From Candidatus Eiseniibacteriota bacterium (GTDB lineage: Bacteria; Eisenbacteria; RBG-16-71-46; CAIMUX01; VGJL01): a DNA stretch of 64,000 nucleotides. The stretch is taken from contig CAWBWI010000001.1 in NCBI GenBank assembly GCA_963792585.1, positions 224,001 through 288,000 on the forward strand, read 5' to 3'. Position numbers and translations under genes: made by a program. Positions within the stretch are counted from its first letter, which is position 1, and the number at the start of each line of letters is the position of its first letter. This document shows, in pieces, positions 60,809 through 64,000 of the stretch. The notes beneath the pieces were generated by a model, which worked only from the letters and a program-made list of their open reading frames with translations, made no database searches and was not told the DNA's origin.

Positions 60809-62388
60809 CCCCCTGGCGCAATGGGCGCTCCGCAAGATCCGCCTGGACGGCGTCCCCTTCTCCTTCAAGGGACACGAGTACCTGAGGGCGATCTACGACG
60901 ACACCTCGCCGCATGTGGTGCTCTCCAAGGCCGCCCAGATCGGGGGGACCACCTGGGCGATCCTCCGGAGCATCCATGCCTGCCTGCACGGGACTGGACG
61001 TCATCTACTTCTTCCCGACCCGGACGGATGTGCTCGAGTTCTCGAAGTCCCGCGTGGGCCCCATGCTGGCTGAGAATCCGTTCCTCCACCGGCTCATGAC
61101 GGATACGGACACGGCGGGTCTGAAGCGGATCGGGGATTCCTATCTCTACCTCCGGGGGATGCAGTCCAGCGTGGGGATGAAGTCCGTGCCGGCCGACATG
61201 GTCGTCTTCGATGAGCTGGACGAGACCTCTCCCGCGGCCAAGGCCATGGCGAAGGAGCGCCTGGCGCACTCGGAGTACAAGCGGGTGATCGAGCTATCCA
61301 ACCCCTCCTTGCCCGATTACGGGATCGACGAGCAGTACCAGAAGTCGGACCAGCGGCACTGGACCTTGCGCTGCCCCAATTGTGCCCATTGGACAGCCCT
61401 TGATAAGGAGTTCCCCGTCAAGTTGGGCGAGGAGGTCCGCATCATCCAGCCACGGAGCGACGGGACGTTCTACAGGGCCTGTCCCGAGTGCGCCGCCGAA
61501 CTGGACCTCGCAGCGGGGGAGTGGGTGGCCGACTTCCCCAGCCGACCGATCCATGGCTACCGGATCTCGCAGCTCTTCTCATCCACGGTGGACCCGGGGG
61601 AGATCCTGACCGAGTACCGGACGACCCGCTTCCCCGACCGCTTCTACAACCTCAAGATCGGGATCCCGTGGGCGGACTTAGGGAGGCGTCTCGATGCTCC
61701 CGCGGTGCTCTCGCTCTGCGGCGAGACGCTGATGGCCGAGTCATTCGTCGAGCCGTGCGTCATGGGGGTCGACACGGGCCGGGACCTGCACGTGGTCATC
61801 CTGCGGGCTGGGGGAGAGGGTGAGCCACGGCGCTTGATCCACCTGGCCGTCTGCCAGGAATTCGAGGACCTGGATAGCTTGATGGCCCGCTTCCACGTCG
61901 AGCGCTGCGTGATCGATGGGCTGCCCGAGACCCACGCGACGCGGGAGTTCACGCGCCGGCACATGGGAAAGGTCTTCATGAACTTCTTCAACGAGCACCA
62001 GCGAGGCTCCCCGAACTGGGACCACGGTTCCATGATGGTCCAGGTCAACCGCACCGAGGCGCTGGACGCATCCCGTGCGGCCGTCCGGGACCGCAGGCTC
62101 GTCCTGCCCCGCGCCTCTGCGCTGGTCGAGGAGTTTGCGAGGCACATGGCCTGCGATGCGAAGGTCCTGGAAGAGGATGAGGAGACCGGGATCCAGCGCT
62201 ATCGCTACGTGCGGACGGGCGTGAACCACTTCTCGATGGCGTTCACGTACGCATGGCTGGCCGGAATCGATCGGCCGGCGGGGCGCTTCACGACCATCGA
62301 CCTGCGGCGGGTCCCGAGCGAATCCGACCTCGTGGACCACCTGACGCCGCGTCTTGCCGATCTGCTGAACGTCCGTCTAACAGGGTAG
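60705..62388 (+). CDS. Terminase large subunit, lambda GpA-like; frameshift near 60990
   Basis: KAAQIGGT Walker A variant, IYFFPT, VVFDELD, SNP, SDQR.W..CPNC...CPEC, nuclease MGVD..IDG..NH. Confidence 0.88.
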
Positions 62389-62964
62389 GAGCCGCAGGCG
62401 TTCCTTGAGTTCCTCATCAGATACATGGGTGTAGATCACGGTCGTCAGCGGGCTCGCATGGCGTGCGAAGCGCTGGGCGAGGAAGAGGTCGCGGGAGGCC
62501 CGGTAGACGTTGGTGACGGCCGTGTGGCGCAGGGTATGGAAGCAGTAGAGCCGATCGAAGCCGGCCCGTTCCTGCCACTCCCGGAACAGCACCTGGACAC
62601 GCCGCGGGGAGATCCGACGCCGGGAGAGGCCGCAGAAGAGGGGTGCATGCGGATCGAGGCTCTCCCCGTGCGTCGATCTTGTAGCACCAGAAGGCGGTGA
62701 GCTTGGGCTCCAGCGCATCGGGCAGGAACACGTCGCCCGACACGGCCTCGCTTCGCGATCTCGGGGCGGACCGCACCCGCAACTCGCGGCTGGCCGTTGG
62801 GGAAGAAGAGGTCGCCGACGACAAGACCGATCAGCTCGCCGAGCCGCAAGTCCGGTACCGAGGGCGAGTGAGAAGATGACGTGGTCGCGGGGATGGTCGG
62901 CAGTTGCACGGAGCAGGGCCTGCAGCTCGTCGGCGGTCAGGCTCTGTGGGCTCAGATGTGGCAT
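62377..62964 (-). CDS. Compact tyrosine recombinase, catalytic domain only; several indels at 62670-62855
   Basis: RD..IF..ALGTGLR..EL, AK, FHTLRHT, FARH....TT.IYTH; GGAGG RBS. Confidence 0.88.
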   Translation of the reverse strand: MPHLSPQSLTADELQALLRATADHPRDHVIFSLALGTGLAARRADRSCRRRPLLPQRPAASCGCGPPRDREARPCRATCSCPMRWSPSSPPSGATRSTHGESLDPHAPLFCGLSRRRISPRRVQVLFREWQERAGFDRLYCFHTLRHTAVTNVYRASRDLFLAQRFARHASPLTTVIYTHVSDEELKERLRLLPC

Positions 62965-63027
62965 GGGGCACCTCCAGTGCTCCAAGGGTCGCGCTCTCCG
63001 GCAACGAATCAAGGGAAGTTCAGCCCG

Positions 63028-63497
63028 TAATGGGCATCGATCGGCGGAGCGAGCAAGCCTCGTCGGCACGCCCCGATTTGCGGCATCGGGTCTCGGGAAC
63101 GGGGCGATTTCGCGGCATGCCCATTACAGAAGGGGGCGATTCTGCGGCATGGGGGTCTGAGAATGGGGCGAGTTATGGGCATCGGAATCGGCGAATCCCC
63201 ATGGGGCAGAGGCGTGCAGGCACAGGCGCGTGATTTCGTAACCCTTTGAACCATCGCAGGCAAGGTATGTGACGCCTGCCCATAACCGCCCCGAGGTGTG
63301 CGAATTCAGGCCTGGAAACTGCCCATATGCTGCCCCGAATGCCCCAGTTGTGCCCCAACGGCGTTCCGGACCACCCAGAACGCCGCCGTTCTGCCCATTA
63401 GAAGGGACGTCGTCCTTCAATGGAAAGACGACGTGATTGTATAACACGTAATGTCTATCACATCACGATGGCACAACGGAAGCATGCCTATACAATC
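63028..63497. repeat. Repeat-rich noncoding site: 6x TGCCCATWW plus inverted repeats
   Basis: TGCCCA cores at 63031(r), 63118, 63176(r), 63277, 63320, 63392; inverted repeats 63407-63434 and 63435/63497. Confidence 0.6.
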
Positions 63498-63549
63498 CTG
63501 TGACAAGCAAGGGATGACGAGTCTCAACGTCCAAGCGAGTGAAGAATGG

Positions 63550-64000
63550 TCAATCAGTCTTGAGTTTGCCCTTGCGACGTAGCAGATCGATTTGCGCCAG
63601 GACGTATGCGAGGAACGCCGGTCGCTCGTCCGGGCCGTAGCACTTGCTGAGGGACGCAACCCACTCCGCGTTTTCGGCGTCCTGAGCAAACACATCCGGG
63701 AGGATCATCTGGAGGTACACCTGAAAAGCTATGAACATGGGCTCGTGCTGTCCTGTGAGTGTAGTCCACCTCAGGGTCGCATCGAAAAGGAGAACCTCCG
63801 TAAGTGCGGGGTCGAAGTCGATCTCCTCGTCGGGGTCCTGATCAGCATGCTTGAAGAAGTTTGCGGGTGCGTTGATCCGTCGGATGTACTCCTTTTGGTA
63901 GCTCGGGATGATTCGGTCTAGGGCCACATCCTTCACGAGCATGGGACCGCTACCTCGTGCCCGGCTGACGCCCCGGACGAGTTCGTGACCCGCGGCCGCT
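63550..64000 (-). CDS. Hypothetical protein, 5' end beyond the window
   Basis: Frame is open to the window edge (AAAGHELVR...); NAPANFFKHADQDP. Confidence 0.7.
   Translation of the reverse strand, partial: AAAGHELVRGVSRARGSGPMLVKDVALDRIIPSYQKEYIRRINAPANFFKHADQDPDEEIDFDPALTEVLLFDATLRWTTLTGQHEPMFIAFQVYLQMILPDVFAQDAENAEWVASLSKCYGPDERPAFLAYVLAQIDLLRRKGKLKTD

Larger units (their letters stand above)
49029..63500. mobile_element. Integrative phage-satellite-like element; boundaries undetermined, may extend past both coordinates
   Basis: Serine integrase, DUF2924, AlpA/Xis, primase-helicase, MTase, ParB, terminase subunits, tyrosine recombinase. Confidence 0.8.

Noticed and set aside
7685..62855. 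About 15 frameshifts as programmed frameshifting, phase variation or mass pseudogenisation
   Set aside because: They also hit housekeeping genes (cca, glgP, locally leuS), show no shared slippery motif, and both halves remain conserved. Long-read indel errors are the simplest explanation; read-level checking is needed.
62377..62964. Tyrosine recombinase as the integron integrase of the cassette array
   Set aside because: About 195 aa, no N-terminal domain, no IntI-specific insertion, and 17 kb from the array.
63434..63459. Chromosomal dif site (TGATTGTATAA-CACG-TAATGTCTATC)
   Set aside because: Spacer length and arms match the XerC/XerD consensus poorly; kept only as part of the recombinase-adjacent repeat region.
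49029..64000. Complete prophage or ICE
   Set aside because: No portal, capsid, tail, lysis, relaxase or T4SS genes within the window.

Overview
GC-rich bacterial chromosome segment. The many signal-peptide proteins with FlgD-Ig or 'TWGxxKxxYR' C-termini suggest an FCB-related candidate lineage such as Eisenbacteria; this is inference. Bases 1-40 kb are core genome: tRNA-Glu(CTC), MFS, TrmH, YqeY, AEC transporter, AlaX, acylphosphatase, YprB/YprA-like pair, MOSC, isoaspartyl peptidase, CCA enzyme, endonuclease V, glgP and leuS. These are mixed with secreted Cys-repeat and FlgD-tailed proteins and a hidden UxxC selenoprotein lipoprotein (18309-18875, minus strand) that the ORF track splits at its UGA. 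From about 42.8 kb the DNA is accessory. First comes an integrase-less array of integron-like gene cassettes with ~131-bp attC-like repeats, then DUF4062, DUF6998 and SIR2-like genes. Last is a phage-satellite-like integrative element: large serine recombinase with DUF2924, AlpA/Xis, a primase-helicase with an internal iteron array, a Dam-ParB-TerS-TerL(GpA) packaging module with no portal or capsid in view, and a compact tyrosine recombinase with a repeat-rich upstream site. Indels split many genes, including housekeeping ones, so most frameshifts are probably sequencing errors. Family assignments come from motif recognition by eye; no searches were run.
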